Below are positions 50,584-59,583 of a DNA stretch of 64,000 nt, one piece after another (position 1 is the stretch's first letter; each line of letters begins with the position of its first letter). The position numbers were made by a program, and so were the translations under genes. The stretch comes from an uncultured Candidatus Saccharibacteria bacterium (GTDB lineage: Bacteria > Patescibacteriota > Minisyncoccia > Phycocordibacterales > Phycocordibacteraceae). The stretch is taken from the NCBI GenBank assembly GCA_964634595.1, contig CAZWKU010000002.1, positions 4,070-68,069 of the forward strand, written 5' to 3'. Below the pieces are notes generated by a model, which worked only from the letters and a program-made list of their open reading frames with translations, searched no databases and was not told where the DNA came from.

Positions 50584-51315
50584 AATAACGTTGCATAATA
50601 TATTAATGCCCCGTCTTGCTCGCGTTGATGTCGGAAACGAAATATATCATGTCATTAATCGCGCGAATGGTCGCCTCAAGATCTTTGAATCATCACAGGA
50701 TTATCAACTCTTCGAACAGCTTCTTCTTGATGCTCAAGAACTAACCGACATGCGTATTCTCGCCTATGTCATTATGCCAAACCACTGGCACTTGTTGTTG
50801 TGGCCTATGCATGATGGCGATCTCGCACAATTCATGCATCGTCTCTCTAACACCCACACCAGGCGTATGCATACTGCTACCGGCACTATTGGGAATGGGC
50901 ACTTATACCAAGGTCGATACAAATCTTTTCTGGTTGATTCAAACAACTACCTTCTTACGATTATCAAATACATTGAACGCAATCCAGTGCGTGCCAGACT
51001 CTCCAATGCATGTGAAGAATGGCAATGGGGAAGTGCTTGGAGGCGGTCGCAGGGAACCTCAAAGCAAAAGAAACTTATACACCCCTCACCTGAACCGCTA
51101 CCACACCCGTACCTTAAGTGGATAAATACCGCCGAAAAGCCCAATGACCTCTCCATCATACGCGCCTCCGTTAACAAGAACATTCCTTTTGGCAGAGATT
51201 CGTGGGTTGACACAATGATATCCACCTATCACCTAGAGACAACGAAGCGTGGAGTGGGGCGGCCCAGAAAGAATCAGAACACACATTCATCAAAAGAATC
51301 GTGACTGTCCCCATT
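50558..51315 (+). mobile_element. RAYT/IS200-like (HuH Y1 transposase) element copy 1, 758 bp, 19-bp terminal inverted repeats AATGGGGACAGTCACGATT
   Basis: TIRs at 50558-50576 and 51297-51315; near-identical copy at 57578-58336. Confidence 0.75.
50591..51304 (+). CDS. REP-associated tyrosine transposase-like HuH (Y1) transposase
   Basis: HuH motif NHWHLLLW, catalytic Tyr region YQGRYKS, YIERNPVRARL. Confidence 0.8.
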   Translation: MHNILMPRLARVDVGNEIYHVINRANGRLKIFESSQDYQLFEQLLLDAQELTDMRILAYVIMPNHWHLLLWPMHDGDLAQFMHRLSNTHTRRMHTATGTIGNGHLYQGRYKSFLVDSNNYLLTIIKYIERNPVRARLSNACEEWQWGSAWRRSQGTSKQKKLIHPSPEPLPHPYLKWINTAEKPNDLSIIRASVNKNIPFGRDSWVDTMISTYHLETTKRGVGRPRKNQNTHSSKES

Positions 51316-51770
51316 TGTTCCCCCGTATTCGCCCTCCAACACCCGCATGGCTGAAGGCCAAGGGTGGGGGTGAAATAGCGCTGCTCCTGGACTGCACGGA
51401 TAGATGAGGTGCAAGTTCAGTCGGTAACCAGTCCACGGACGTCACAAACGCTCAACGAAAGGTGGATGGTAATTAATAAAAACGGTATTCCACCCTTCTT
51501 CATCGGCAAGTAATTTCTTTAACTCACCTTTGGCTTTATAAAGGACGTCGAGCATCTGTATGCCCTCATAGATTGCCACGTGTACCATACCATTATTATA
51601 CTAAAGTGCAAGCATTGCATCGCTGGCGACCTAATTTTCAAGAGGCGAAGCAACTATGAAAATGGAAGTACTCTTGGGGTGCTAGAGAGCGTTCTGAATC
51701 CTGAGCTTTTCGAAGGAGTACCTTTGTATAAAAGAAAGTCCGCCCATCTCCGTGAGGAAAAGGGCGGGAG

Positions 51771-51980
51771 TCATGGGTTTTTCAGGGGTGGGTCGCTACG
51801 TTTTCTCGCAAGTCGTTTTTTTATCCCGCTCAGTGTTTGGGTGCCGAATACTATGTCGATGCCGACAAAGAACAAGAGCCCAAGCCCGGGGGTCCCGGGG
51901 ACGATGCCCCCGATTGCCCCAATGATGATAGCAACGATGCCGATTGGCTTTCGGGCGATCCGCCACAGTCGAGCCCTCAC
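51771..51980 (-). CDS. DUF454/YbaN-like small inner-membrane protein
   Basis: RKPIGIVAIIIGAIGGIVPGTPGLGLLFFVGIDIVF. Confidence 0.5.
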   Translation of the reverse strand: MRARLWRIARKPIGIVAIIIGAIGGIVPGTPGLGLLFFVGIDIVFGTQTLSGIKKRLARKRSDPPLKNP

Positions 51981-52069
51981 GTAAAGACGCCGTTTTGCAT
52001 TTAGTTTCCTCCTGTTGCTCCGTGATCAATTATATATGGGAATGCATGAATGGTACCTGCGTAATACCT

Positions 52070-52226
52070 AACGCGCCTCCGTTAACAAGAACATTCCTTT
52101 TGGCAGAGATTCGTGGGTTGACACAATGATATCCACCTATCACCTAGAGACAACGAAGCGTGGAGTGGGGCGGCCCAGAAAGAATCAGAACACACATTCA
52201 TCAAAAGAATCGTGACTGTCCCCATT
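52070..52226 (+). mobile_element. Solo right-end fragment (157 bp) of the RAYT element including TIR
   Basis: Near-identical to 51160-51315, including 4 bp of flank (GTTC). Confidence 0.65.
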
Positions 52227-52636
52227 TGTTCATGGCACTCTTTGCTCGCGTTTTTCTCAAGATCAAAGCCGAGCTCTTTACCAAGAGCGTAGACCCTCTT
52301 CGCGAGAGTCACGCCAGCGTTTTGGGCGACATACTGAGCGACAGTGGTGTCGGTGCCACCTGTCACAAATTCTTGTGGCACATACAAGGTGCGGATATGG
52401 CCGCTTTTTTCTAGCGACCCACTGTTCGGTTCGATAACCCCAGCAATTATTTTGAGCAGGGTAGATTTGCCCGAACCATTATCGCCCACGATACATACTT
52501 TTTCGTTTTCAGCACATTTCAAAGTTACCGCCTCAAGGAGCGGTTTTTCAGTAAACGAGTGGCCGATGTTTTTTAATGAAATCGTTTTTGTCATTGAGTA
52601 TGAGGAGCCTAGCAAAAAACACGCTCTTTTACTATC
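52227..52636 (-). pseudogene. Diverged partial duplicate of the abcF 5' end (codes ~122 N-terminal aa) fused to the transposon end fragment
   Basis: ~88% nt identity to 47338-47748. MTKTISLKNIGHSFTEKPLLEAVTLKCAENEKVCIVGDNGSGKSTLLKIIAGVIEPN. Confidence 0.65.
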
Positions 52637-52689
52637 AGCTCTCAAAAAGAAAAGCCGCCCGAGAGCGGCTTTTCGTGTGTGGGCGGGAG

Positions 52690-52830
52690 TCACGGGTTTT
52701 TCGAGGGTGGGTCGTTTTGTTTTCTTGCAAATCGCTTCTTTATTGCGCTCATTGTTTGTGTGCCAAACACCATATCGATGCCAATTTGCATTTAGTTTCC
52801 TCCTGTTGCCCCGTGAGAATTACCTTTGTA
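52690..52830 (-). pseudogene. Internally deleted duplicate of the DUF454 gene region
   Basis: Homology to 51763-51800 and 51985-52030 with the coding middle missing. Confidence 0.4.
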
Positions 52831-53709
52831 CTCGTAGTTCTCGCTGATTTTCCACACACCCTTCTCTCTGAATGCTGGAATATTCTGTCGACGCGCGGCG
52901 TTCGTTATGGCCGATGCAGACTTGGCATGGCTTTTCGTGTACTCGGAAAGGCGAATGACTTTGTCGCCCTTGAGGTAAGCGATGCGTTTATGCAGTGACT
53001 CCATGAGGCCGAGGGAGATAGCTTTTTCTAACGTCTTGGTGTTTTTGTCGTCACGGTAGTCGCCAAACGATTTGTAGTATTCTTTTTTCTCACGGTCCCG
53101 AATAATAATCATCGGGAACCCCAGACGCTGAAGCTGGTAAGAAATAAGCACACGGCCAATACGACCGTTGCCATCGCAGAACGGGTGGGTAGTTTCAAAA
53201 TCTAAATGGAACTTGGCGATCTTGTCTAAAAAGTATGCAGACATATCACTCGTGTATTCGGTGATGGTTGCCTCAATCAGACGCTCAACTTGCTCCGGAG
53301 CCGGAGCGACATGCGTGCCAATACGAACGTATTCACCAGGGGCTCGGAAACGACCTGCAATCTTGTCGTCAATGCCGCCGATCAACATCTGATGTAAAAG
53401 CAGTATGAGCTCTCGGTTTACCTCAGTTTCTTTTGATTTGCCACGAATATATTCGATGACGCGAGCAAGATTTTTTGCCTCATACACCTCGCGCAGGGAA
53501 ACGTCTCGAGCGACCTCCATATCCAAAAGAATCTTCTCAGTCTCCTTGAGGGTAAGGGTGGAGTTCTCGATAGCGTTGGAGTTATAGACGCTCTCCGGCA
53601 CCTCGGCATCGTCGATCATGACCAAAAGCGCGTCCTTGCCTTTGCGAAGGACATCATATTCGGCCTTTAGAGTCTGAATGCGATTTTTGATTGGTTTGGT
53701 TGTAGCCAC
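52792..53709 (-). CDS. Fic/DOC family protein (AMPylator-type) with N-terminal SxxxEN inhibitory-like motif
   Basis: HPFCDGNGRIGR Fic motif; SNAIEN near N-terminus. Confidence 0.85.
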   Translation of the reverse strand: MATTKPIKNRIQTLKAEYDVLRKGKDALLVMIDDAEVPESVYNSNAIENSTLTLKETEKILLDMEVARDVSLREVYEAKNLARVIEYIRGKSKETEVNRELILLLHQMLIGGIDDKIAGRFRAPGEYVRIGTHVAPAPEQVERLIEATITEYTSDMSAYFLDKIAKFHLDFETTHPFCDGNGRIGRVLISYQLQRLGFPMIIIRDREKKEYYKSFGDYRDDKNTKTLEKAISLGLMESLHKRIAYLKGDKVIRLSEYTKSHAKSASAITNAARRQNIPAFREKGVWKISENYEYKGNSHGATGGN

Positions 53710-53889
53710 AGGTGTAAATAGTGCTTTTATAGAGACAGTATAGTCTATTTAGCTCTAAAAGTCAATCTTTAGTGAATAAGGACTAGAAACTACCACTTAT
53801 TCACTAGAATCAACCACCAAGCCCCGCAGGGGGCGGGGTATGGCGTGATGCATGGGCTTAGTGCCAGAGGGTGAGTTTGGGGAGGGTCA

Positions 53890-53942
53890 GTTCGAACCTG
53901 TGAGGTATAGAAAAAGGCCGTGTCCCAAATTGGAACACGGCC
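53890..53942. repeat. Partial member of intergenic repeat family (GTTCGAACCTGTG..TATAGAAAAAGG plus hairpin)
   Basis: Shares 3' half of the motif listed at 54306. Confidence 0.4.
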
Positions 53943-54305
53943 CGTGTTGTATCAGAGACTCGTTCAGTCTCCGCCCCCGCCGCCCCCTCCGGAGTCGCTG
54001 CCGCCCGAATCGTAGCTACCGGAGTCGCTCGGGGAACTGGGCTCATTGTGGTGAGAGCCACGTTCGTGCGAACCGCTGTGCGAAGGTTCGTTGCTCGAAA
54101 GAAGCTGCATCAGAATCATAGTGTTAAGAATACTGCCGTCATCGGAGCAATAGCTTCCGTTCGACTGTTGCACGTATGTACGACCCTGATGGACGACCTT
54201 TTGGGGTCGACTTTTTCTATTTCGATTCACAGAACACCTCTCTGTTTATGGGTGATTACCCCTGAATGAACAGGACGGCAGTATCTTAGCACGCCATACA
54301 CATAT

Positions 54306-54388
54306 TGTCAATATCTAGCCCCGCTGGGTAGAGAACGTTCGAACCTTTGTGTAAAAAGAAAACCGCCCAAACGGACGATCTTCCGTTA
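54306..54388. repeat. Intergenic repeat family member: GTCAATATCTAGCCCCGCTGGGTAGAGAACGTTCGAACCTTTGTGTAAAAAGAAAA plus hairpin
   Basis: Conserved block shared with 56501, 57169, 61251, 61741, 62631. Lies right after the yjjX stop. Confidence 0.6.
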
Positions 54389-54399
54389 GGCAGTCGGAT

Positions 54400-54930
54400 T
54401 TAATTATTCATGTAGTGCTCGAAATGAATGGGTCGCACCAAAGCGCACTGGAGGGCTTGCACCAAGAACTCTTCGCGCTTCAGCTTCCCGCCTGAGAGAT
54501 AGTGCATAGGGTCTTTCTCTCCGCCATAGCCGCGCTTTTTGATGATTTCGCCGAGCTCGCTCTTTTCTGCGAACGTCTGTTCGGCGATGTCCCGAGGAAT
54601 CGGAAACTCTGCCCCGAAGGCAACCGAACGGCCGCCGTTTGAGCCGAGCACTACGATGCACGCTTGATCAAACCACAGGCCGTTGCGCTGGACCAGGCCG
54701 CTCTCAATGCCGATGGCAGCACCAGCATTCTCGACGGCGTTCCAGGCTGCTTGGGCACGATTGCTTGCACCAAGCTCCATTTCTTCAACGCCAACGGGCT
54801 GGATGCTGACACCCGACTCGGATTTGTGGGCGATAATCTCGAAAGGGTATGTCATCAAACTCTTGCACACGCTCTCTACCGCACGAAGCTTCAGAGCGCT
54901 TTCGGTTCCGACAGCAATTCTCATGGTCAT
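54400..54930 (-). CDS. Non-canonical purine NTP phosphatase (YjjX/inosine-xanthosine triphosphatase family)
   Basis: MRIAVGTESALKLRAV N-terminus typical of YjjX. Start set at internal ATG. Confidence 0.65.
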   Translation of the reverse strand: MTMRIAVGTESALKLRAVESVCKSLMTYPFEIIAHKSESGVSIQPVGVEEMELGASNRAQAAWNAVENAGAAIGIESGLVQRNGLWFDQACIVVLGSNGGRSVAFGAEFPIPRDIAEQTFAEKSELGEIIKKRGYGGEKDPMHYLSGGKLKREEFLVQALQCALVRPIHFEHYMNN

Positions 54931-55030
54931 ATGATTCTCCGTTGGTTTATGCTCCATTTCTGGCGGTAGATTGTCATTATATCGCGTATTTGACAAGATG
55001 TCCCGCCTTTTTGCTATACTCTTCATAATC

Positions 55031-55507
55031 ATGAAAATCTATGTCCTTGGCAGCACCCATTTCAAAGTACGGATGGTCGAATGCAAAGAAGAACTTTGCG
55101 CTCTCGGCTACGACGGCTGGATACATCCTCACTATGAAGAGTTTGTGCGGGGCGGGCGGCAAGACCAGGTTGCTCGCTGGACGACAGGCGACCCAACGGA
55201 GCTTGCGAAGATAAAGCGAGAAAACAACTACCTCCACGACCACTATAAGCACATCCTCGCAAGCGATGCGATACTCGTTGTGAATGATGAGAAGAACGGC
55301 ATCAAAAACTACATCGGTGGCAACGTTCTCATGGAGATGGGACAAGCATACGTTAACCATAAGAAGATATTCCTCCTGAACGGCATACCCGAAGGCCTTT
55401 CCTATCTCTCTGAAATAGAGTCCATGGATCCGATCTGTTTGGATGGGAAACTCGGGAACATTAATTTAGGGCAGGGAAGTACACAACGTTCACAAGTTCA
55501 CCTCTAG
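55031..55507 (+). CDS. Nucleoside 2-deoxyribosyltransferase-like protein
   Basis: MKIYVLGS...GGNVLMEMGQA pattern. Start set at internal ATG. Confidence 0.45.
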   Translation: MKIYVLGSTHFKVRMVECKEELCALGYDGWIHPHYEEFVRGGRQDQVARWTTGDPTELAKIKRENNYLHDHYKHILASDAILVVNDEKNGIKNYIGGNVLMEMGQAYVNHKKIFLLNGIPEGLSYLSEIESMDPICLDGKLGNINLGQGSTQRSQVHL

Positions 55508-55607
55508 CTCCGCTCTCTAGAAAACGTTTCCTGTCCTGAGTCAGCGAAGGAGAACCTGCGTATAAAAAGAAAAAGCCCGGCGGTGAAGCAGGGCTTCTCC
55601 GTCGGGC

Positions 55608-55922
55608 TTATGTATTGCAGAGGGCTATCGCCGTCTTCAACCAAGCAAATTCGCATTGCGGGACCCCGGCATCCTCAATTGTCATTACTAGGTCTGCTAG
55701 ATTAAGTATGTCGAAATCCCCCGCACTCCCCTTAATCTGAAGCAACGCATCACAAGTTACTTTTTCAAGCTTTTCTATTGTTTCAAAACCCGCCTCAATA
55801 AGAAGAGCTGGTGTTGTCTCGTCTTCGAACTTGAGAGTATTCAGATGAGTTGATGCTGTGCTCACAGTTGTCTCCTTTAGAACTTTCAATACCAGTATGA
55901 CACCAGTGTTTGAGTCTGTCAA
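55608..55922 (-). CDS. Hypothetical protein (non-ATG start, weak)
   Basis: ORF only, TTG start, no clear RBS. Confidence 0.2.
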   Translation of the reverse strand: MTDSNTGVILVLKVLKETTVSTASTHLNTLKFEDETTPALLIEAGFETIEKLEKVTCDALLQIKGSAGDFDILNLADLVMTIEDAGVPQCEFAWLKTAIALCNT

Positions 55923-56009
55923 TACCTACATAATGGTTCTATAGCTTGGCACCACCCGCTAATACCAAAATAAATCGATAATCTGCGGTGTCCGTGTAAA
56001 CTACTTGGT

Positions 56010-56414
56010 ATGAAAAAGGACTTTCAGCGGTGGACGACGAAGAAAGAACAACTCAATGATACCGAGGGCACAGCCCTTTTCCACGAACGCGAGGTGTGGT
56101 GGTGTGCCCTCGGTGCGAATATTGGCTTTGAACAGGATGGCAGTAGTGAGCTGTTCACGCGCCCCGTCGTCGTACTCTCCAAGTTCAACCTTGATGCGTG
56201 CCTTGTCGTACCGCTAACCGCTAAGCCCAAGAAGGGCAAGTATTACTTCTCGGTGGGCAACGTCTCGGGGCGCGACGCGGTCGCGGTGCTCTCGCAAATC
56301 CGCTTTGTAGACCGTAAGCGGCTGGCTGTGAAGATCGCCACGATGGAACAAGAGACTTTTGATGCACTCACGAAGGTGGTCGTCAAAGCGTGCTTCCCGA
56401 ATCTTACCCCCTAA
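56010..56414 (+). CDS. MazF/PemK-like toxin-fold protein (putative type II toxin), no obvious antitoxin partner
   Basis: EVWWCALGANIGFEQDG...RPVVVLS...VPLT pattern resembling the PemK/MazF SH3-like barrel. Confidence 0.45.
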   Translation: MKKDFQRWTTKKEQLNDTEGTALFHEREVWWCALGANIGFEQDGSSELFTRPVVVLSKFNLDACLVVPLTAKPKKGKYYFSVGNVSGRDAVAVLSQIRFVDRKRLAVKIATMEQETFDALTKVVVKACFPNLTP

Positions 56415-56500
56415 ATGTTTTCTCCCCGCCTTTTACAGCGGGGAGCAGGCCGAAGCCGTTTGTTCAAGTATCATATCAGAGAGCGAGATGAAAAGTCAAT

Positions 56501-56548
56501 GGGGGTTTCGAACCTTTGTGTAAAAGAAAAGCCGTCCTCCAACGGCTT
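56501..56548. repeat. Intergenic repeat family member (GGTTTCGAACCTTTGTGTAAAAGAAAAG plus hairpin AGCCGT...ACGGCT)
   Basis: Follows the stop of minus-strand gene 56568..57107. Confidence 0.55.
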
Positions 56549-56567
56549 TTCATTAAAGAGCGAGACT

Positions 56568-57107
56568 TTAGTCCGGGATCAGTCCACTGCGCTTGGCTTC
56601 GCCAAACATGGCAATCAGGTCACCTTCATGCAATAAATCTCCCGTCTTCGTATCGGTCCATACAACCTGACCTGCAGTGGCTCCGGCCACTCGATCTGTC
56701 AAGGTGTGAACTGAAGGGTTCACTTGTCCTGTTCGGTCGAGGGCAACGAAACGAATAATATCTTGGCAAAAGGTTGAACTACCTAGTGCAAGAACCATTA
56801 CGTTTCCGGTTGAATCTCCTTTCTTTTTTCCTTTTGTCAGCGCCAAGAATGTCTCGGCGACGACATCGATCATCTCGATCGGCATACTGAAGATGTTTAT
56901 GCCTCCAGCCTCAATCATGTATTGTGGGCCTTCGGTGAACAAAGCACCCTCGAATTTCTTTGGTTTCGAGAGAAGCTGAATATTCTTCGCTTCCCAGGCC
57001 TTCAGAAAAACGGCGGCAAATGAAGCTGCAAGGACATTCGGTGGAACAACTCTTCCTTCCTGAAAGGGGCTGATACTTGCGGCAATTACTTGCCTAGACT
57101 GCTTGTT
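56568..57107 (-). CDS. Hypothetical protein
   Basis: ORF with internal ATG start; no recognisable domain. Confidence 0.4.
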   Translation of the reverse strand, partial: NKQSRQVIAASISPFQEGRVVPPNVLAASFAAVFLKAWEAKNIQLLSKPKKFEGALFTEGPQYMIEAGGINIFSMPIEMIDVVAETFLALTKGKKKGDSTGNVMVLALGSSTFCQDIIRFVALDRTGQVNPSVHTLTDRVAGATAGQVVWTDTKTGDLLHEGDLIAMFGEAKRSGLIPD

Positions 57108-57168
57108 CATTTGGGCTATTCCCTCATGTTTCCTGTAAATTATGGTAGCACGCATCTAAATATACGTC

Positions 57169-57249
57169 AATACCTAGCTCCGCTGGGTGGAGGATCTTCG
57201 AACTTGTTTGGTGTAAAGAAAAACACCGGGCCCTTTCGGATCCCGGTGG
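57169..57249. repeat. Intergenic repeat family member (AATACCTAGCTCCGCTGGGTGGAGGATCTTCGAACTTGTTTGGTGTAAAGAAAAA plus hairpin CCGGG...CCCGG)
   Basis: Downstream of a short minus-strand ORF (57286-57447, ~54 aa). Confidence 0.55.
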
Positions 57250-57482
57250 TTAAGGTGTTTAGCGATTTGCGCATCTTTCGAGTTCTTTGATCGCCCATTC
57301 GAGAGCGCTAAGAATAAATCCATCACCGGAAGCGGGGTGCGTCGGGCTTTCACTTTTATGCATCCGCTCAACATGCATTTCACAAGCTTTCTTCAGCCCT
57401 TCTAGAGAGTAAGAGCTTGTCATAGCAGGGTTCCTTCTACTAGTTGGTTCGACGATTACAATACTCTATTTGCTATAAATGT

Positions 57483-57553
57483 CAGCTCCGCGGGTAAGTA
57501 GGCTTGCCCGCTGTCGCCTCGTTCAAAAACAAAAAAGCCCGGCCGGCAGAATG
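57483..57553. repeat. Second repeat family (GCTCCGCGGGTAAGTAGGCTTGCCCGCTGTCGCCTCGTTCAAAAACAAAAAAGCCCG) copy 1, abutting RAYT copy 2 left end
   Basis: 58-bp block identical at 62548-62605. Confidence 0.55.
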
Positions 57554-57577
57554 CAGAATGGGGACAGCAGAATGCAG

Positions 57578-58336
57578 AATGGGGACAGTCACGATTTAAA
57601 TCAAAATAACGTTGCATAATATATTAATGCCCCGTCTTGCTCGCGTCGATGTCGGAAACGAAATATACCATGTCATTAATCGCGCGAATGGTCGCCTCAA
57701 AATCTTTGACTCGTCACAGGACTATCAGCTCTTCGAACAACTTCTTCTTGAGGCTCAAGAACTCACTGACATGCGTATTCTCGCCTATGTCATTATGCCA
57801 AATCACTGGCACTTGTTGTTGTGGCCTATGAATGATGGCGATCTCGCACAATTCATGCATCGTCTCTCTAACACCCACACCAGGCGTATGCATACTGCTA
57901 CCGGCACTATTGGGAATGGGCACTTATACCAAGGTCGATACAAATCTTTTCTGGTTGATTCAAACAACTACCTTCTTACGATTATCAAATACATTGAACG
58001 CAATCCAGTGCGTGCCAGACTCTCCAATGCATGTGAAGAATGGCAATGGGGAAGTGCTTGGAGGCGGTCGCAGGGAACCTCAAAGCAAAAGAAACTTATA
58101 CACCCCTCACCTGAACCGCTACCACACCCGTACCTTAAGTGGATAAATACCGCCGAAAAGCCCAATGACCTCTCCATCATACGCGCCTCCGTTAACAAGA
58201 ACATTCCTTTTGGCAGAGATTCGTGGGTTGACACAATGATATCCACCTATCACCTAGAGACAACGAAGCGTGGAGTCGGGCGGCCAAGAAAGAATCAGAA
58301 CACACATTCATCGAAAGAATCGTGACTGTCCCCATT
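57578..58336 (+). mobile_element. RAYT/IS200-like element copy 2 (759 bp) with 19-bp TIRs, tandem-duplicated left-end stub upstream (57549-57577)
   Basis: TIRs 57578-57596 and 58318-58336; ~99% identical to copy 1. Confidence 0.75.
57612..58325 (+). CDS. REP-associated tyrosine transposase-like HuH (Y1) transposase, copy 2
   Basis: 3 aa differences from copy 1 (E33D, D47E, H75N). Confidence 0.8.
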   Translation: MHNILMPRLARVDVGNEIYHVINRANGRLKIFDSSQDYQLFEQLLLEAQELTDMRILAYVIMPNHWHLLLWPMNDGDLAQFMHRLSNTHTRRMHTATGTIGNGHLYQGRYKSFLVDSNNYLLTIIKYIERNPVRARLSNACEEWQWGSAWRRSQGTSKQKKLIHPSPEPLPHPYLKWINTAEKPNDLSIIRASVNKNIPFGRDSWVDTMISTYHLETTKRGVGRPRKNQNTHSSKES

Positions 58337-58433
58337 TACTCACCTATCACCTAGAGACAACGAAGCGTGGAGTCGGGCGGCCAAGAAAGAATCAGAACAC
58401 ACATTCATCGAAAGAATCGTGACTGTCCCCATT
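58337..58433 (+). repeat. 97-bp tandem duplication of the element right end (second TIR at 58415-58433)
   Basis: 58240-58336 repeated exactly. Confidence 0.7.
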
Positions 58434-58883
58434 TACTTCATGCAGGAGCTTTTCCACTTCGTCGTTGGTGATTTTGTTCTTGGTGGCGAGTGCTTGCATT
58501 ATCTTGTCCCGCTTCTTGCGTTTGCGATCTTGGATTGCGACGCGGGCTTTGGTGAGCAAGTCGCGGATAGAGTGAGTTTGGGCGGTTGGTACAGGCACCG
58601 TCAAGGACGGCGGCAGGATCGGCTCAGCCTCAGGAGGCAACGGCTCATTTGGCGGTATTTGAGCCGTTTGGGTTGTGGATTGAGCGACCTGAGTTTCTTG
58701 ACGGTCATCCGTCTTAGAAACTGGAAGTGGTCCTTGTGACCCCGTTGCGGGTGTTTGAGGTGCTTCTGTGGGCGCGGGAGGAGTTTCAGGAGGCGTAACT
58801 GGCTCTGCGACAAGAGCGGGAGCTTCAACGGCAGGGCTCGGCGATTCTGGTGCTGGTTGCGGGGTGCTCTCTTCTGGGGGCAT
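58392..58883 (-). CDS. Proline-rich hypothetical protein whose last 14 codons and stop lie in the duplicated transposon end
   Basis: PxxP-rich N-terminus. C-terminal residues NGDSHDSFDECVF are the antisense of the IS right end. Confidence 0.35.
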   Translation of the reverse strand: MPPEESTPQPAPESPSPAVEAPALVAEPVTPPETPPAPTEAPQTPATGSQGPLPVSKTDDRQETQVAQSTTQTAQIPPNEPLPPEAEPILPPSLTVPVPTAQTHSIRDLLTKARVAIQDRKRKKRDKIMQALATKNKITNDEVEKLLHEVNGDSHDSFDECVF

Positions 58884-58924
58884 AGCTCAATTCTAACCCA
58901 TAGATGGGCTGTGCTTCAGGCGAA

Positions 58925-58956
58925 TAACTCAACCCGTTGGGTTATTCGCCTTGAGA
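58925..58956. repeat. Palindromic element GGCGAATAACTCAACCCGTTGGGTTATTCGCC upstream of grpB
   Basis: Perfect hairpin; related copy at 59584-59613. Confidence 0.5.
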
Positions 58957-59004
58957 GATTCTAGAGCATAAGGCCAGCCGTGGTTGTAGTGTTAAACTTT
59001 GCCT

Positions 59005-59538
59005 ATGAACGATGTCGGCTTAAAGCGAGGAACGGTGGAGCTTCGGGAACATAACCCGAAGTGGAAAGAGATTTTTGAAGAGGAGAAACAAATGCTTCTC
59101 GGACATTTCCCCGGCCAGATTCTCGAGGTCTCTCACGGCGGTAGTACTGCGATCCCTAAAATGCCGGCAAAACCTATTATCGACATGTTCGCAGTTGTCC
59201 CAGCATTGCGAGTGGCAGAAGATATGAGAAGCGAGTTAGAAAAGCTTGGCTATCACTATCGTGGTGAGGAGGGGGTGTCGGGAAGAATTTTGTATGCCAA
59301 GGGAGAAGAAGAAAAGCGAACGCATCATCTGCAGCTCGTTGAGCGCGAAGGGGACCAGTGGAAGAACCACCTTCTTATCAAGAACTATTATCTGCAACAT
59401 CCAGAAGTGGCGGAAGAATATGCATTACTTAAGCAGGAGCTGGCGGTAAAGTACCCGGAAAATCGTAGTGCTTATAGCAAAGGGAAAAACGAATTTGTGC
59501 AGGCTGTGATTGCGAAAGCGAAGACTAACGAAGTCTAA
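59005..59538 (+). CDS. GrpB-family (UPF0157) nucleotidyltransferase-fold protein
   Basis: GGSTAIPKMPAKPIIDM, HHLQLV motifs. Confidence 0.75.
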   Translation: MNDVGLKRGTVELREHNPKWKEIFEEEKQMLLGHFPGQILEVSHGGSTAIPKMPAKPIIDMFAVVPALRVAEDMRSELEKLGYHYRGEEGVSGRILYAKGEEEKRTHHLQLVEREGDQWKNHLLIKNYYLQHPEVAEEYALLKQELAVKYPENRSAYSKGKNEFVQAVIAKAKTNEV

Positions 59539-59583
59539 AAAGTATTCGAGAATTGAGGAAATACTAAACACTTCATCGCTTTG

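Noticed and set aside
51580-51984. 134-aa plus-strand ORF
   Set aside because: Overlaps the DUF454 membrane-protein gene, which has a convincing hydrophobic profile and Gly/Pro motif; the plus-strand product is low-complexity.
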